A stretch of 63,067 bases of DNA, counting the filler, from Saprolegnia diclina VS20 (lineage: Eukaryota), in NCBI RefSeq assembly GCF_000281045.1. It is 5 parts of 2 records of this genome, joined end to end, with 100 filler letters (N's around TTAATTAATTAA, not from the genome) between each part and the next. Parts side by side here need not be neighbours in the genome. Positions count along the whole stretch, not along the records: positions 1 to 26,316 come from NW_008246087.1; 4 more parts are not named here. One strand, 5' to 3'. The notes under the pieces were generated by a model that searched no databases, was not told where the DNA came from, and was given only the letters and a program-made list of their open reading frames with translations. Each line of letters begins with the position of its first letter. Position 1 is the first letter of the stretch. The position numbers were made by a program, and so were the translations under genes. This document shows, in pieces, positions 11,787 through 24,417 of this stretch.

Positions 11787-12554
11787 ATGCTGACCTCGCT
11801 CCTTCTGTCTACCCTCGCGCTGGTGCCGGTCCTCCGCGCCGCCAACGACGGCCACGCGACGACGCTCAGCTCCGACGACGGCAGCAACGCTACCACGGGC
11901 ACGTGCCAGCTCATGAAGACGCTGCGCAACGCAGCGCGGTACCAAGTCTCGCTGAGCGCGCAGCAGTGGGCGCGCGGGGCCAACTGCGGCCGGTGCGTCC
12001 AGGCGCAGTGCTCCAACTGCCCGTCGCCACTGCCAATCACGGCGCAGGTGACCGACCGCTGCGCCGACTGCGCGGCGGGAGACATCGACGTGTCCCGTCC
12101 CATGTTCCAAGCGCTCTTTGGCACACCCACGGGCCGCCGTCCGCTCCAGTGGGGCTTTGTCGACTGTCCCGTCGAGGCGACGCTGTCGCTGTGCACCAAG
12201 CCGCGCAACACGAGTCTCTACACGATCTTTATCCAGCCCACAAACACCGTGTCCGGCGTTGCCAACATGACCATCGACGGCTTCAAGGGCCGCCTGTCTG
12301 CGAATGGATCATACTTCTTCAAGGCGCCCATGCCCCGCAATTGGAGCGACGTGCACATCAACCTCACAGCGACCAACGGCGAGAAGATCGTCGCAGCCAC
12401 CGTCGCCCTCCGGTCGGGCCGCTGCGTCACGATCCCGTACCAGTTCCAGCCAACGACGGCCGGCGGGGCATTGATCCAGGCCTCGTCTTCGCTCGATAGC
12501 GACGACGACATTGTCGTGCCCATGACCACGACGCGCCCTGTGCCGTATTATTAA
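11787..12554 (+). CDS. Secreted expansin-like protein (DPBB + CBM63-like domains)
   Basis: Signal peptide MLTSLLLSTLALV; GTC, NCGRCVQAQC, VTDRCADCAAGDIDVS, QWGFVDCPV; beta-rich C-terminal domain. Near-consensus INR GCTCATTTCGCTTTT at 11761. Confidence 0.85.
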   Translation: MLTSLLLSTLALVPVLRAANDGHATTLSSDDGSNATTGTCQLMKTLRNAARYQVSLSAQQWARGANCGRCVQAQCSNCPSPLPITAQVTDRCADCAAGDIDVSRPMFQALFGTPTGRRPLQWGFVDCPVEATLSLCTKPRNTSLYTIFIQPTNTVSGVANMTIDGFKGRLSANGSYFFKAPMPRNWSDVHINLTATNGEKIVAATVALRSGRCVTIPYQFQPTTAGGALIQASSSLDSDDDIVVPMTTTRPVPYY

Positions 12555-12973
12555 GACCCCGGCCTTTCTTCCAAAGCTAATCTAACCGTGTACTAGTATG
12601 TAATTTTGCTGGCTTGTCTACACCGGCTTGCTGGTAACGACAGGAGCGAGGCGTGTGGCGACGTGCGCAGGAGCTTGCTGCTACGTACCTTGTCCATGCA
12701 AGCCCACTGCATGAACCCTTGCCATGACGCCGACGACGAAGCGGCCAGGACCTTTGCAGCTGATGTTCATCTTCAAGAACTTAGTGATGGTACGTGTTGT
12801 AGCGATCCCGACCGTAGTAGAAGCAACGATATGCACTTGGTTGGCGTGTAGTCAGTCGGTGCCATCGACTATACTCGATGAAAAGGCGTCAATCGAAGGT
12901 CGAATCTTTTTCCGGACGTGGCCGTTTCGACCTATTTTATCCGGATGAACGCAATCGACTTCCACTCATCGAG

Positions 12974-15029
12974 ATGCCTCAGCAAGACTGGATCCGCGTC
13001 CTCCGTGGCGTCGGCCTCGTCGCCGAGCAGGTCGTCAAGAACGCCAAGCCGCTCGAAGAGCAGTCCAAGAAGGTGCTTCAGCACGTCGCTGACCTGGCAA
13101 CGCTCGTGCCCCAGGTCGCGGCCCAAGTGGGCTCGCAGCACCAGCACCATGCGACGCCGCCACCGGCCGACTCGCTCGTACCGCCACCGTCCGAGTTCAA
13201 GCCGGCGCCCACCATGACAATGCCTGTGGCTGTCGCGCCTGCGGCTCCGATTACATCGCCTGTAGTCGAAGCTGCCACCATGACGCCGCCCGTGGTGAAC
13301 GCAGCCACGACGTTGAAGGCGACGGTCGAGGCCACGGCGCCCACGTTTGTCAAGCCCACCGTGCCTTCGTTCGAGCCCAAGGCGCCGTTTGCGCCCGTCG
13401 ACATGCCGCCTCTGCAGCCGCGCGAGTGGACCGAGAAGCACGTGCCGTCGACGCCGCTCGCTCGCATTGTCGGCTTTGGTGCACTGGCGGCGCGCCTCGC
13501 TGTCGGGACAGCCACGGCCGTGATCCAAAACCCGTCCGGCGAGAAGCAGCTCAAGAACGCGCTCATTTCCGATGCGAACGCCGAGCGCCTCGCCGACGCG
13601 CTCTGCACCATGCGCGGTGTACGTCCTCTCGTCTGCGCCTCGACTTCAACTCACCAAGCACAATCACAATTCTAGGCGGCGCTCAAGCTCGGCCAGATGC
13701 TCAGCATCCAAGACGAAAGCACGATTCCGCCGCAGCTCGCGCACGCGCTCGACCGCGTCCGTCAAGGGTACGAGAGACTGAGACGTTCGCCATCCCTCTC
13801 AAGCTCTCGGACTGTAGCGCGCACATTATGCCCAAGGCGCAGCTCCACGCGCAGCTCACCAAGGCGTGGGGCGACGATTGGCGCGCCAAATTTGAGTCGT
13901 TTGACGAGAACCCGGTGGCCGCCGCGTCCATCGGGCAGGTGCACCAGGCCGTGCTGCTCTCGGGCGAGCGCGTCGCGGTCAAGATCCAGTACCCGGGCGT
14001 CGCCGACAGCATTGCCAGCGATCTCCTCAACCTCAAGCGCCTCGTGACGTACATGAACATTTTCCCCAAGGGCCTCTACATCGACGAGATCATTCGGTAT
14101 CCAAGCGTGTACCTATGGCCACCACCTTAGCCTTCGCATCTAGTGTCGGCCAGGACGAGCTCACGGTCGAGTGCGACTACGAGAACGAAGCTGCGAACCA
14201 GCGCAAGTTCAAGGCGCTCATTCACGACAGCATCCTCCGCGACGGCTTTATCGTCCCCGATGTGTATGACGACGTCTCTACGAGCCGCGTGCTCACCACG
14301 TCGTGGATCGCGGGTGTCCCGCTCGACAAGATCACGACGCTGTCTCAGGAGGTGGGTTTTGTTTCAAATTATCAATGTATCAATCGATCTATTAGGTGCG
14401 CAACGACGTGGCGCGCAAGCTGCTGCAGCTCACAATGCACGAGCTGTTTGTGTGGCGTTTTATGCAGACGGACCCGAACTGGAGCAACTTCATGTACGAC
14501 GCGACGCAGCACAAGATTGGGCTCATCGACTTTGGCGCCGCGCGTTCGTACGAAAAGAGCTTTGTGGATACATACTTTGACATTGTGTGGGGCGCGGCGA
14601 GCATGGACCCGAAGAAGATGATGGACGCGTCGTTCAAGCTCGGGTTCCTCACGGGTTGGATTTTCGATCGATTTTTCATGGTTTTTCGAGATTTATTGCG
14701 TAGGCGACGAGTCCAAGGACATGCTCAAGGCCCACGAGCAAGCCGGTATGGTGGTCGGCGAGCCATTTGCGTCCCACGAGCCGTACGACTTTTACAACAG
14801 CCATCTGACGCAGCGCCTCGCGCAGCACACCGACATGTTTATGAAGGGTAGCCCACTTGATACTGTGCGCTGGATTCATACCGACATAGGTCGCTTGACG
14901 CCGCCGCCACAGGAAGTGTACTCACTCCACCGCAAGCTCGCGGGCGCCTTCCTCATGTGCATCAAGCTCAAGGCCGTGATTCCGTGCCGCGACGTCCTCG
15001 AAGAAGTCGCCAAGCAGTACCAGCGTTAA
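12974..15029 (+). CDS. COQ8: COQ8/ADCK3-4 (ABC1/UbiB) atypical kinase, multi-exon
   Basis: [27 protein letters not shown] (KxGQ motif), [55 protein letters not shown]. Confidence 0.95.
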
Positions 15030-15314
15030 CGATAGACTACATACAGTGCTAGTGCGACCGACACTTGCGACGCCTTTGTACGATCTTGGTTCGTCGTTAA
15101 TGGTCGATCGATCATCGCCTTCTTGCGTCTTTTAGCAAGTCGTTGCACTGGACCCCTTAAGTCACTCGGAGTTCTAGTTGCACTAACACCCGACTCGCTC
15201 GCTGTCGGGCGCTGCGAGGTACGGTACTGTTTTCGTTGTCATTCCGACACTGCAACTCAAAATTGCAAAGTCGTCCATAGCAACTCGAATCTTTATTGGA
15301 GACGCCTGGTATTG

Positions 15315-16805
15315 CTATTCGTTGCACGTAGCGACGACCGAGTCGGACCGCGACGAAAGCGCAGTCGGCGACACGAGCGAATGCCGCAACGAGGCAAGCG
15401 GGTCGGTCAGCGGCCGTTGCGAGCTGTGGAGCGTCTCGTAGAGGAATTCTCGCCACGCAGCGCCGAGCGGATGGCGCTCAAAGGCCGGGAGGAGGTCGAG
15501 GAACATGTCGGTGACAAGCTCGAGCACAAGCGGTTCGAAAAACGCGTCGGGCAGCGTGTCGACGACTGCGTTTCTCGCACGCGGTCGTTGGAGGCGCCCG
15601 ATGTAATAGTGGCGCCACTTGGCACTCGCGCGCGTCTGCAGCGGCGCCGACACGTCGATGCAAGTCGCAAAGATCTTCCACGCGCGCTTCCGCGTCAGTA
15701 CTCTGACGGGAAAGCGCCGCGCCATCTCCCACGACAAGATCGCATCGAGGTGCAAGGCGAGCCGGCAATAGTCAAGAAAGGCCCGGGCGCCTTCGGACGT
15801 TTGTAAAAAAGTATGGAAGCGGTAGAGCTCGGCTGCAATGTCGCGCGCACCATGTACGGCCCCCGCCTCCATGGCATCGTCGACCGTTTTGCCGGTGCGC
15901 ACTAGGTGCGCGCATGAGAGGCTGCCACGTCATAAAAATCGAATCGAAAAATATCGACGCACCAATCCGGTGGACGGATGGCACTACGTGGAAACCATAG
16001 AACGTGTGCGGTGCGACTTGAGCGAGGATGATGTCGAGGCCGTAGGACGAGAGCATGTACCACTGAAGCTTGGCCGCGCAAAGGCTCACGAGACCAAAGA
16101 CACTGCACGCAGCGACGACGCTATAGATGGTGCGCCGGTACACTTTGTGAAGTTCGTCGAGGTCGTCGACGGCCTGCAAGTGCCGTGCGACATAGAGACT
16201 GGCAACGACAAGCGCCGACATGACGAGCACGGTGGCATACACCGCGCCCTATTCGCTTCATCAAGACATGCTCATGATAGAGGAACAACGCACTGGCGTC
16301 CAACAGGATGCTTCTGGCGACATGACGCTGCCAACGCTAAAAAGGGCCAAGGCGGTTGCCACTAGGCACAAATAACTCTGCAGCGTCGGCATGAGGAAGC
16401 GACGACACCACTTGATCGACACGATTGACCGCGTCGGATCACGGTGCTGCAAGAGGGCTTCCGCGAGCTTGAACCGAACCACGAGGCTTGAAGCAACGAG
16501 TAGAAACCATGTGCTAATAGTTCATAGTCGATGCATCAACAGGTAGACGAGGGCGCGTACCATGCAAGCGTGGTCAGTGCGATCCAAACGACAAGCGCGT
16601 GACACCACAAAGCACCGCGCGGGTCCAGTAGGCGCAGTAGCGGTGGACTCGTCGCACCGAGGTAGGCGCCAGCACCGATGCTTGCGATCGCAACGGGCCG
16701 CCGACTTCGGATCCAGCGGTGCTTGCGGTGCCAGAGATAGAGTCCAAGGACCGCCGGCATGTAGCTACTGAGCACAACCGACGCGATGAGCGGCGCGGGC
16801 TCCAT
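15315..16805 (-). CDS. 7TM-RGS-like protein, copy 1 (multi-exon)
   Basis: N-terminal hydrophobic helices with RKHRWIRSRRP and VDDLDEL loop. C-terminal RGS-like region FLQTSEGARAFLDYCRLALHLDAILSW...IFATCIDVSAPL...FFEPLVLELVTDMFLDLLPAFERH. Confidence 0.7.
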
Positions 16806-16915
16806 CCTTCCGACGCGGCGGTTTCTTATCTGCGTCGTCGTTGCCGCCTGTCTAATTTTGGACGCAATGACGTGGCACCACAAGGGACGTTGAGACGTTG
16901 TGCGTCGAAACAGGC

Positions 16916-18342
16916 TCATGTCGCGACGTCGTCTTCGTTGCGCGAGACGGGAATAGGCTCGAGCGGCGACGAGATCACAAACGAGCTGCGTCGCGAGCCC
17001 GAGACGCGAGCGCCCGACTGAGTGCGCTGGGTCGTGTGGACGTTGTAAAATCGAAACTCGTGCCACGCAAGCCCCAGCGAATGCCGTTCAAACCAAGGCA
17101 GCACGTCAAGGTACAAGTCCAAGACGAGGTCGGTCATCAACGGCTCAAAGAACCCGCGCGGCAATGGCGCGTCGTCGGGCTGGATGCGCAAGCGCGAGGT
17201 CTTGAGCTTGGCCATGTAGTACGGCCGCCAGCGTCGACCTGCGTGGGTCAAGAGCGGCGCCGAGGGGTCCATGCACCTTGTGTAGAGTTTCCAGCCGCTG
17301 CGGAGCGTCCATGGTTTGTTGGTGCCACGCTCGATCGCCTTCCACGAGAGCAATTCCTCGAGGCGGAGCGCGAGCCGGCAGTATTGAAGAAACACGAGGT
17401 AGGTATCAGGTCGTCGGAGGAACCGCTGGAAGAGCGCAATGTCGTCCGGTGCCACTGCATTCGGCTCGACGATACGATGGCGCATACCGAGCTGGTACAA
17501 GGGCGGAACGACGTTGATGAGAAAGAGCGTGTGGGGCAAGAGCACGCATAGGAGGGTGCCGACGCCATAGTCGTTGAGCATCGATCCTTGAAAATGCGAC
17601 TCGACGTAGCGACCACCACCGACACCGAGCAGCACGACAACCGACACTTGCAGCGTGCGCTGGTAGGCCCACTGAAGGCCATAGACATCGTCGACCGCGT
17701 AGAGCATCACTGATACGTACGCGCCGACGGCACCGAGAAGCGCGAGCGCGACACCCATGTACAGCTGCGTCGACTAATCGATTGAACATAAGAGTGGTCT
17801 AGTAGACAAGACAGAGGCCGCACCGGTGACAAGCACGTTGTGGCTTCCAAGACCGCTGACGACGGCGCGTCGAGAAGCCCAATGACGCACCCCAGCGATA
17901 CCAGCGTTGTAAGAAGACACGCACTGATATGGACGGGCGGATGCAGCCCAAAGCGCAGCCAGCGCAGCGAATCCAAGACGGCACTCTGGAGACTCATCGC
18001 GTTGAATAGCATCTCGGTGACGCGGTAGCGCAGCACGAGCACAATCGCAGCCGTCACGTACGCCGTACTAGCCATGAGCGCATGAGCACCATCCTCTTGA
18101 CATAGCTACGACATGTACCTGCCGGCTATCCCGAGGCCAAACCATAGGAGCGAGATACTGCATGGTACCTCGGGTGTCCACGCGGTCGCGGGCCCCACGA
18201 GGCTGCAGAGCCAGGCGCAGAGCGCGGGAAATACAAGACGCATGCGTGGCTGCAGCACCCGCGCGCACCGACGAGCCCACCAGAGCGCAAGTGTCGGCGG
18301 CATGTACAGCGTCAAGACGACGGCCGCGACAGCCGCGTCCAT
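16916..18342 (-). CDS. 7TM-RGS-like protein, copy 2 (multi-exon)
   Basis: About 7 TM segments (PC before TM3, RYRVTE, VDDVYGL), then FLRRPDTYLVFLQYCRLALRLEELLSW...LYTRCMDPSAPL...FFEPLMTDLVLDLYLDVLPWFERH. Confidence 0.72.
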
Positions 18343-18384
18343 GGTCGTTTCCAATTTTGGCGCCAAAAATATAAAACTGCAAAC

Positions 18385-19906
18385 TCACGTCTCGTCATCA
18401 TGAAACCGGGACGAGATCGTCGACATGGGAATCGGTGCCAGGGGCATCGAGACGATCGCCGCGAGCGACGGGCCCCCCGAGATGCAGCGCTGCGACGCGT
18501 GCAAGTGTTCGTAGCGAAACTCGCGCCACGAAAGCCCAAGCGAATGCCGCGTAAAGTCGGGCACGAGGTCGTTGAACATCGAGACGAGGAGGTCGTTGAG
18601 GAACGGCGAGTACAAGTCCCACGGCAACACGTCAGGTCCGCGCGCGCTCGTGGGCGCGCGGTTCTGAAGCCCATGCGGGTTCGCGAGCTGCGACCGGTAG
18701 TAGTCGCGCCACTTGGCCGCACTCGGTGTCACGAGCGGTCCACTTTGGTCCAAGCACTCGTCATAGACAGCGATTGCGGCGTCACGCGTCGTGAGCTGCG
18801 TCATAAAGTTCCAGAGCGTCGTGTACGCCAAAATGTCTTCTAATCGCAAGGCGAGCCGGCAGTACGCAATAAAGTCGTCGAGCCCGGCCGGCTCCTCGAG
18901 GTACTTGCGAAAACTCGCGAGCTCGTGCAGCGAGCGTGACGCGGTCGTGTCACCACTACCTATTGCGTCGTGGACCCGCGTGGCACCTACGTGACGTTAG
19001 CCCACGACGCGAAACGCGTCGTCGTACGCAGCAATGCCATTGGCTGGACAATGTTGAAGTAAAACAAAAGGTGCGCGAGAAGCGTCGTGACCATCGTCTT
19101 GATGTTGTACGTTCGCAGGAGCGTCCATTGAAACTGCGACTCGGAAAACGTGACAAACCCGAGCAGCCAGAGCACGCCCACGACGTGCAGCAGCGTCTGC
19201 GCATACGTGCGGTGCAAACCCGCGAGGTCGTCGACACTGTGCAACGCATACACAACGTAGAGCACGACGCTAAGGACGATACCAAACTGGAGACCGATCG
19301 AGACGACCATGGCCTAGATGTAAGCACTCGGGACAGCCTGCTTGGTGCGCAGAGAGGACGTACCGGTGTCAAGCAGCCATTGATGGACGGGCTGAGAAGG
19401 GTAGCTGTGTCCGATGCACTCAGCGTCGCGACCAGCGCGAGCGCCACGAGTGCAGCGCAGGCGCGGCGCTGAACGCTTCGCTGCAGCAAAAAACGATAGA
19501 GCCGCATCTTGGGGTATGGCTGCTCTGGGTCCAGCGGCTGCGCGAGGACTTCGGTGACGCGGTAGCGGACGACGTGCGACACGGCGACGACCAAGTACCA
19601 CGCGCTACGCCGATGACGTTTTGGCCTCGAGCGATACACAGAGGCAAAGGCGTACCTTCCAAGGACGTTGAACGCTGCCCAGACAACGTGCCAGTAGCAC
19701 GAGAGATTGTGCGAGAGCATCATCACTTGCTGCAGCGGGTCGGCGACCGCATAGACCATGACACAGGCGGCAGCGAATGCCATATCGAGCGGCTGCCGGC
19801 AACGCAAATGCGCCTGCCGCCGCCGGCGAACATACAGCGTCAAGAGCACTGGCATGTACGCGGCGAGGACGACGACAACGACGAGCAGCGCGGCTTGCAG
19901 CTCCAT
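18385..19906 (-). CDS. 7TM-RGS-like protein, copy 3 (multi-exon)
   Basis: MELQAALLVVV...RRRQAHLRCRQP, RYRVTE, VDDLAGL. RGS-like region YLEEPAGLDDFIAYCRLALRLEDILAY...VYDECLDQSGPL...MFNDLVPDFTRH. Confidence 0.72.
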
Positions 19907-20146
19907 CTTCTGTCTGCCGCTGTCTTTTCTGGTGTCTATTTTGGTCATGCGGGACGAAGACGCTGCAGTGGAGATCCCACTAGCGCCGCCTTACTTGTTG
20001 AATGACGTGGCAGCGTGGTAGCCCACGCTGTTGAGGCTCGAGCAGCCATATCCGAAGCTACATGACCTCGAGTGTGTAGAACACGGCGAGCTCGCTGCAT
20101 TCCGCCCAAGTGGTTGAAATCAAATAGAGGATTACAATTGCAGAGT

Positions 20147-20197
20147 CCTTGGCCTTGGCCTTGGCCTTGGCCTTGGCCTTGGCCTTGGCCTTGGCCT
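20147..20197. repeat. (CCTTGG)8 hexanucleotide microsatellite
   Basis: Eight perfect CCTTGG units plus CCT, in the intergenic region between the divergent 7TM-RGS and MORN genes. Confidence 0.95.
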
Positions 20198-20347
20198 CGC
20201 AACGCTATCCGAGCGACCACGACCCAACTTGGACCAGTGTACAGGCAGCCGCGCCAACACACTCGTCCCGATGCGCAAGACGTCGCCCATCAACTTGCGG
20301 CATAAAGATAACCTACAGACAACGGTTTTGTTTGGGACCTCTGGGCG

Positions 20348-21164
20348 ATGATGGCATCGGTCGTGCCCCAGGTCCCCTTGACGCTTCCGCGCTCGCATCA
20401 CCGCGTTCCTTGTAGGACCAAGTACCTCTCTACGACGGCAAGGAAGACGCCAACGGGCTGCGGACGGGCTCGGGTGCCTCGCGTGTCGTCGCGTCACCTC
20501 GCTCACCGCGCTCGGTGTAGGCAAGCTCGTCTTTGCAAACGACGACACGTACGTCGGGCAGTTTGTTCAGGGCTATCGGCACGGCGCCGGCGTCTTTACG
20601 TACGACCATGGCCAGCGCGTCTACGAGGGCGAGTGGAAGCTCAGCTTGCGGCACGGCAAGGGCAAGGAGACGTGGCGCGTCGGCGACACGACGCTCTACA
20701 GCTACGAAGGCGAGTACGAGCGAGGCAGCCCTCATGGCTACGGCCTCGAGCGCAAGAAGCTCGCCAAGTACGCGGGTGAGTTTCAGAACGGAAGAAAGGA
20801 GGGACATGGCCGCATGGTCTGGCCCAACGGCGACAGCTATGACGGGCAGTGGCGCGACGGCCGCATGTGCGGTGTCGGCAAGCTCGTGCGCGCCATTGAC
20901 GGCAGCTCGTACGACGGGCACTGGGTACACGGGCTGCGACACGGCCGCGGCAAAGCGATAGGTGCCGACGAGGTCCGTGGTTCGAGACTGCTCCGATGCT
21001 TTTGCATTATATGTGCTTAGGTCTATGATGGGCTATGGAAGGAAGGACTGCGACACGGCGACGGCACGGTCGTCGCCAACGCACACGAGCGCAGCGGGGT
21101 CTGGGACAAGGGCGTCCGCCTCAAGTGGACCACCCCCGAGAAGCTAATTCAGTCGCTTCGATAG
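20348..21164 (+). CDS. MORN-repeat protein (start uncertain, multi-exon)
   Basis: Repeated YxGxW/F..G.RHGxG units: YVGQFVQGYRHGAG, YEGEWKLSLRHGKG, YAGEFQNGRKEGHG, YDGHWVHGLRHGRG, YDGLWKEGLRHGDG. Confidence 0.85.
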
Positions 21165-21244
21165 ACTATTGCACAAGAGACAGAACACTATATCAAAGCC
21201 ACGTGGTTTAGAGTGAGTTGGCTACGAGACGACGCAACAAGTTG

Positions 21245-22427
21245 TCATTTGCGGGCCAGAATGTCGAAAAAGTACTGCGACTCGAGCGCGCCGTCCTCGG
21301 GCAAGTCGGTGCAATGCACTGCGTTCTGGACGCGGTCGACGCCAAACCGCGCTCGGATCGTGCTCGGCTTGAGCTCGCGCGCCATGTCAATGTCCCACGG
21401 CCCCGCAATCTCGCGGAAGCGCTGAACCTACAAACATGGAGTGTGGTGCTGCCACGTCATCACGTCAGCATCGTACGACTTCACCCGAGCCCTGCAGCTC
21501 GAGCGCGATACACGGACCGCTCGTCAAGTGGTCGATGGCTTCGTTAAAGTGGGGCACGACGCCATCGTAGAGCTACAAAAAATTAAAGTCGCCGGGCGCG
21601 TGGGTTCGAAGCGGACCTCAAAAAACTCGGACGCTGACGTGCGGTCGAGGCGGAAGAGCTCCATGGCCGAGATGTGCAGTCCACACTCTAGGATCGCGTC
21701 GATGACGGAGCCGACGTGGCCTTCCTTGAGTACATGCGGCTGGATCACGCAGCACGTGCAGTTGGTAAACGTTGCGGGCGACGGCCACGGCTTCTCGACA
21801 TATTGGTCGTGGAGCCTACGCGACACCGTACTGAGCAACATTGGGTGGCGCTGATCTACGTACTGTTGCGCTTCCAAGGTCGACGCGGCGACTTCAAGCG
21901 GGTGGTTGAAGCGGCTTTGGACTGTCGCGGCGACTTTGGGCAGGCGCTCAATGGCGCAGTCGCCAACCACCTCGATGGCCACGACGGGCATGCGGTCGCG
22001 CAAGAACATCTTGACAAACGAGAGCGTGAGCTGGTTGTGCTGGAGCTGCGTGAAGAGCGCGCCGAGCGCCGGGAGATGCGAAAGGAGCACGATGGATTTC
22101 TGCGCCTGTTTCGCAAGCTGGCTCGCCGTGTGGCTGTCGAGGTACTCGGTGAGCTCAAAGTGGCGGCCAAAGAGCACCACTTTGCCGCCGAGGAAGAAGT
22201 CCTTTGCGACCACCGTTGCCGGGCACTCGGTTTTTTTCAGAAAGAGCTTGTTGGTCTTGCAGTCGAGGATCTCGACGTGGTGGCTGTCGTGGAAGTAGCG
22301 CACGTTAAAGTTGCGGTGCATCCTAGATCACGACCATGACGTGGCAGCGTAGCATGCGTGCCTACTGCGCATGCTGGTCGAACCACTTGGCCTTGAAGCC
22401 GTAAATCGTCTCGCGAACCGCCTGCAT
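21245..22427 (-). CDS. NME7: Nucleoside diphosphate kinase 7 (DM10 + NDK domains), multi-exon
   Basis: DM10 region KWFDQHAQ|MHRNFNVRYF...KTNKLFLKKT...FFLGGKVVLFGR. NDK region NCTCCVIQPH...ASEFFE|LYDGVV...FREIAGPWD...ARFGVDRVQNAVHCTDLPEDGALESQYFF. Confidence 0.92.
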
Positions 22428-22844
22428 CGCAAAGGGCAAAGTGCCCGAAACCGGCGCTTGGTGCGCGTTTGGTTGCGTGTTTTTATATTGTACATTCCCA
22501 ATTATCATCAATGGATAGAAACACGCAGCCAAATCGAATCGAGCGCTGGCAGCGTAGCAAGGCTGATGTAATCGGTCGCTCGCGTAGGACTACCTCGTCA
22601 CCGTTGTCGGTGGCTAATACACACTCTGCGTACCGAGTCGGACACCAAACTAGTCGCTTCCACCAGTGCTAACGTGCCCGAACAAGCTGCGAGAAGGACC
22701 ATCGCTCCGGACCCAGATCTTAGTGCAAACTGGGACAAGGTGCTCCACCGTCGATGGCACGAGGAAATCCTCGCCGTGAGCCTCGTATGTAGGTAGGAAG
22801 GAAGGACACGTGACGACGATTAGGATTAGTACAGCGGCAATAGG

Positions 22845-24417
22845 CTATAGAACGTGCTTGGTTCGCTGCATATCGCGGTTCGGGTTGAAGAACTGGGCTT
22901 CGATCGAGACGCTTGCGTCGCCGCGGCCGCAGTGCACTTGGATCATGCGCGCGCTACACAGAACGCCCATGAGCCATCGAGAGCAAGTACGGCTACGAGA
23001 TGACGGACCTCGAGAGAAACACTTCTTCAAACTCAATGTGCGGGCACGACACGTACACGGCAATGACGCCAAAGTCCATGTGGTGCAGCACGACCGAGTC
23101 GTCAGAAATCGAGCACTGCGCGCCGTTGACGGCGATCCAGCGCGGCGTAAAGTGGCTGCCGTACGAGGCGTCGAGCACCTGGAAGGGATGGACGCCGATC
23201 GACAAGAGCGTCGGCGACACCGGACATGACGACATGTTTTGCACCACGAGCCGGAGCTCGACGATCTGCATCACCGAGAGCGTGCCGTCCCGCCACACGG
23301 ATCTAGATATCGCATGTCAGACACCTTGTCCATCGAAGTAAGAGCAAGAAAACAAAGTACCGGGTCGTGCGCGAGTTGGAGCGGCGCGCGAGGACGCCCC
23401 AGAGGTCGAGGCCCTGGCCGCGGCCCATGGCGACGACCGACTCGTCCTTGGTGTACGCGCCGCGCGGCAGCAGCATCGACTGGTCGAGGTACTTCCACTT
23501 GTGGTACATGGCGGTGAAGGACCGCGTGAGGAGCAGAATCTCGTCCTTTGGGATGCGCCAGCGCTGCATGATGAGCGCTTCCCAGAGGTACGCTTGCTTG
23601 CCGTCCATGATGCGTCGCTTCCACTCGTGGGACGTCTGCGCGACCCGTGTGAGCATGACGCCGTCCAAGAAGCGGAGCACATGCGGGCATGTGTCGACGA
23701 GCACCGAGAGGCTGCACGACGGTGAGGAGGATGCCATCGATGTCGTCGTCTTGGGTGCCTTGCGTGGCTTCTTGTGCATGACGGCCTTGTGCGTGCTTGG
23801 CAGATGCATCGTGAGGCGCGGCGGCGCGGCGTGGGCGGCCGAGACGAGGGGCGTGATCGAGCAAGGAATCCAGAGCATCGTCGAGCCGTTGCTGTGCAAG
23901 GTCGGCGGGGCGCTGGTCGTCGCGACTGCTGCGTGGTGGTGGTGGGCAGGGGAAGCGTTCAATTGCTGCTTTAGGCGCTCGTTCTCGGCCTCCAAGGCGC
24001 GGATGCGCTCACAGGCGTGCTGGATGATCTTGGCGCGGCTGTTCTTGCGGCTGTTGGGCAGGCGCAACGCCTACAGATAGAAGAGCCGTGTCAGTCTCGC
24101 CATCATGGTCGTCGTCGTGGACGTACCGCGAGAAGCTCGTCAAAGCCCGCATTGACTTCGACACGCGTGATCTTGGCGCGCGACTTCTTGCGCTCGTAGC
24201 TCATGTCTTGGTTCGAGAGGCCGGCGCTGCTCTCGTCCATGTCGTCGTCAAAGGAGGCGCGCGGCGCGTCGCCGCGCTGCTTGCTGTGCATCCAGGCCAT
24301 GGATTCCGGCAGCGCCGGCGCATGGCCTGCGGGCGCGCTAAAGAGCTGCGCAATGTCAACGTCCCAGAGGCCGTCGCCATGCGCTGTGAACTCGTCCGCC
24401 CGCTGCTGCTGCTCCAT
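22845..24417 (-). CDS. bHLH(-ZIP)-like protein with an F-box-like segment and an unknown C-terminal domain, multi-exon
   Basis: Spliced ERKKSRAKITRVEVNAGFDELLA|ALRLPNSRKNSRAKIIQHACERIRALEAENERLKQQL gives a helix-loop-helix plus zipper. HVLRFLDGVMLTRVAQTSHEWKR...LWEALIMQRW is F-box-like. Confidence 0.7.

Noticed and set aside
20132..20262. GQ/PW/LA/RP dipeptide-repeat ORFs
   Set aside because: Translations of the (CCTTGG)8 microsatellite.
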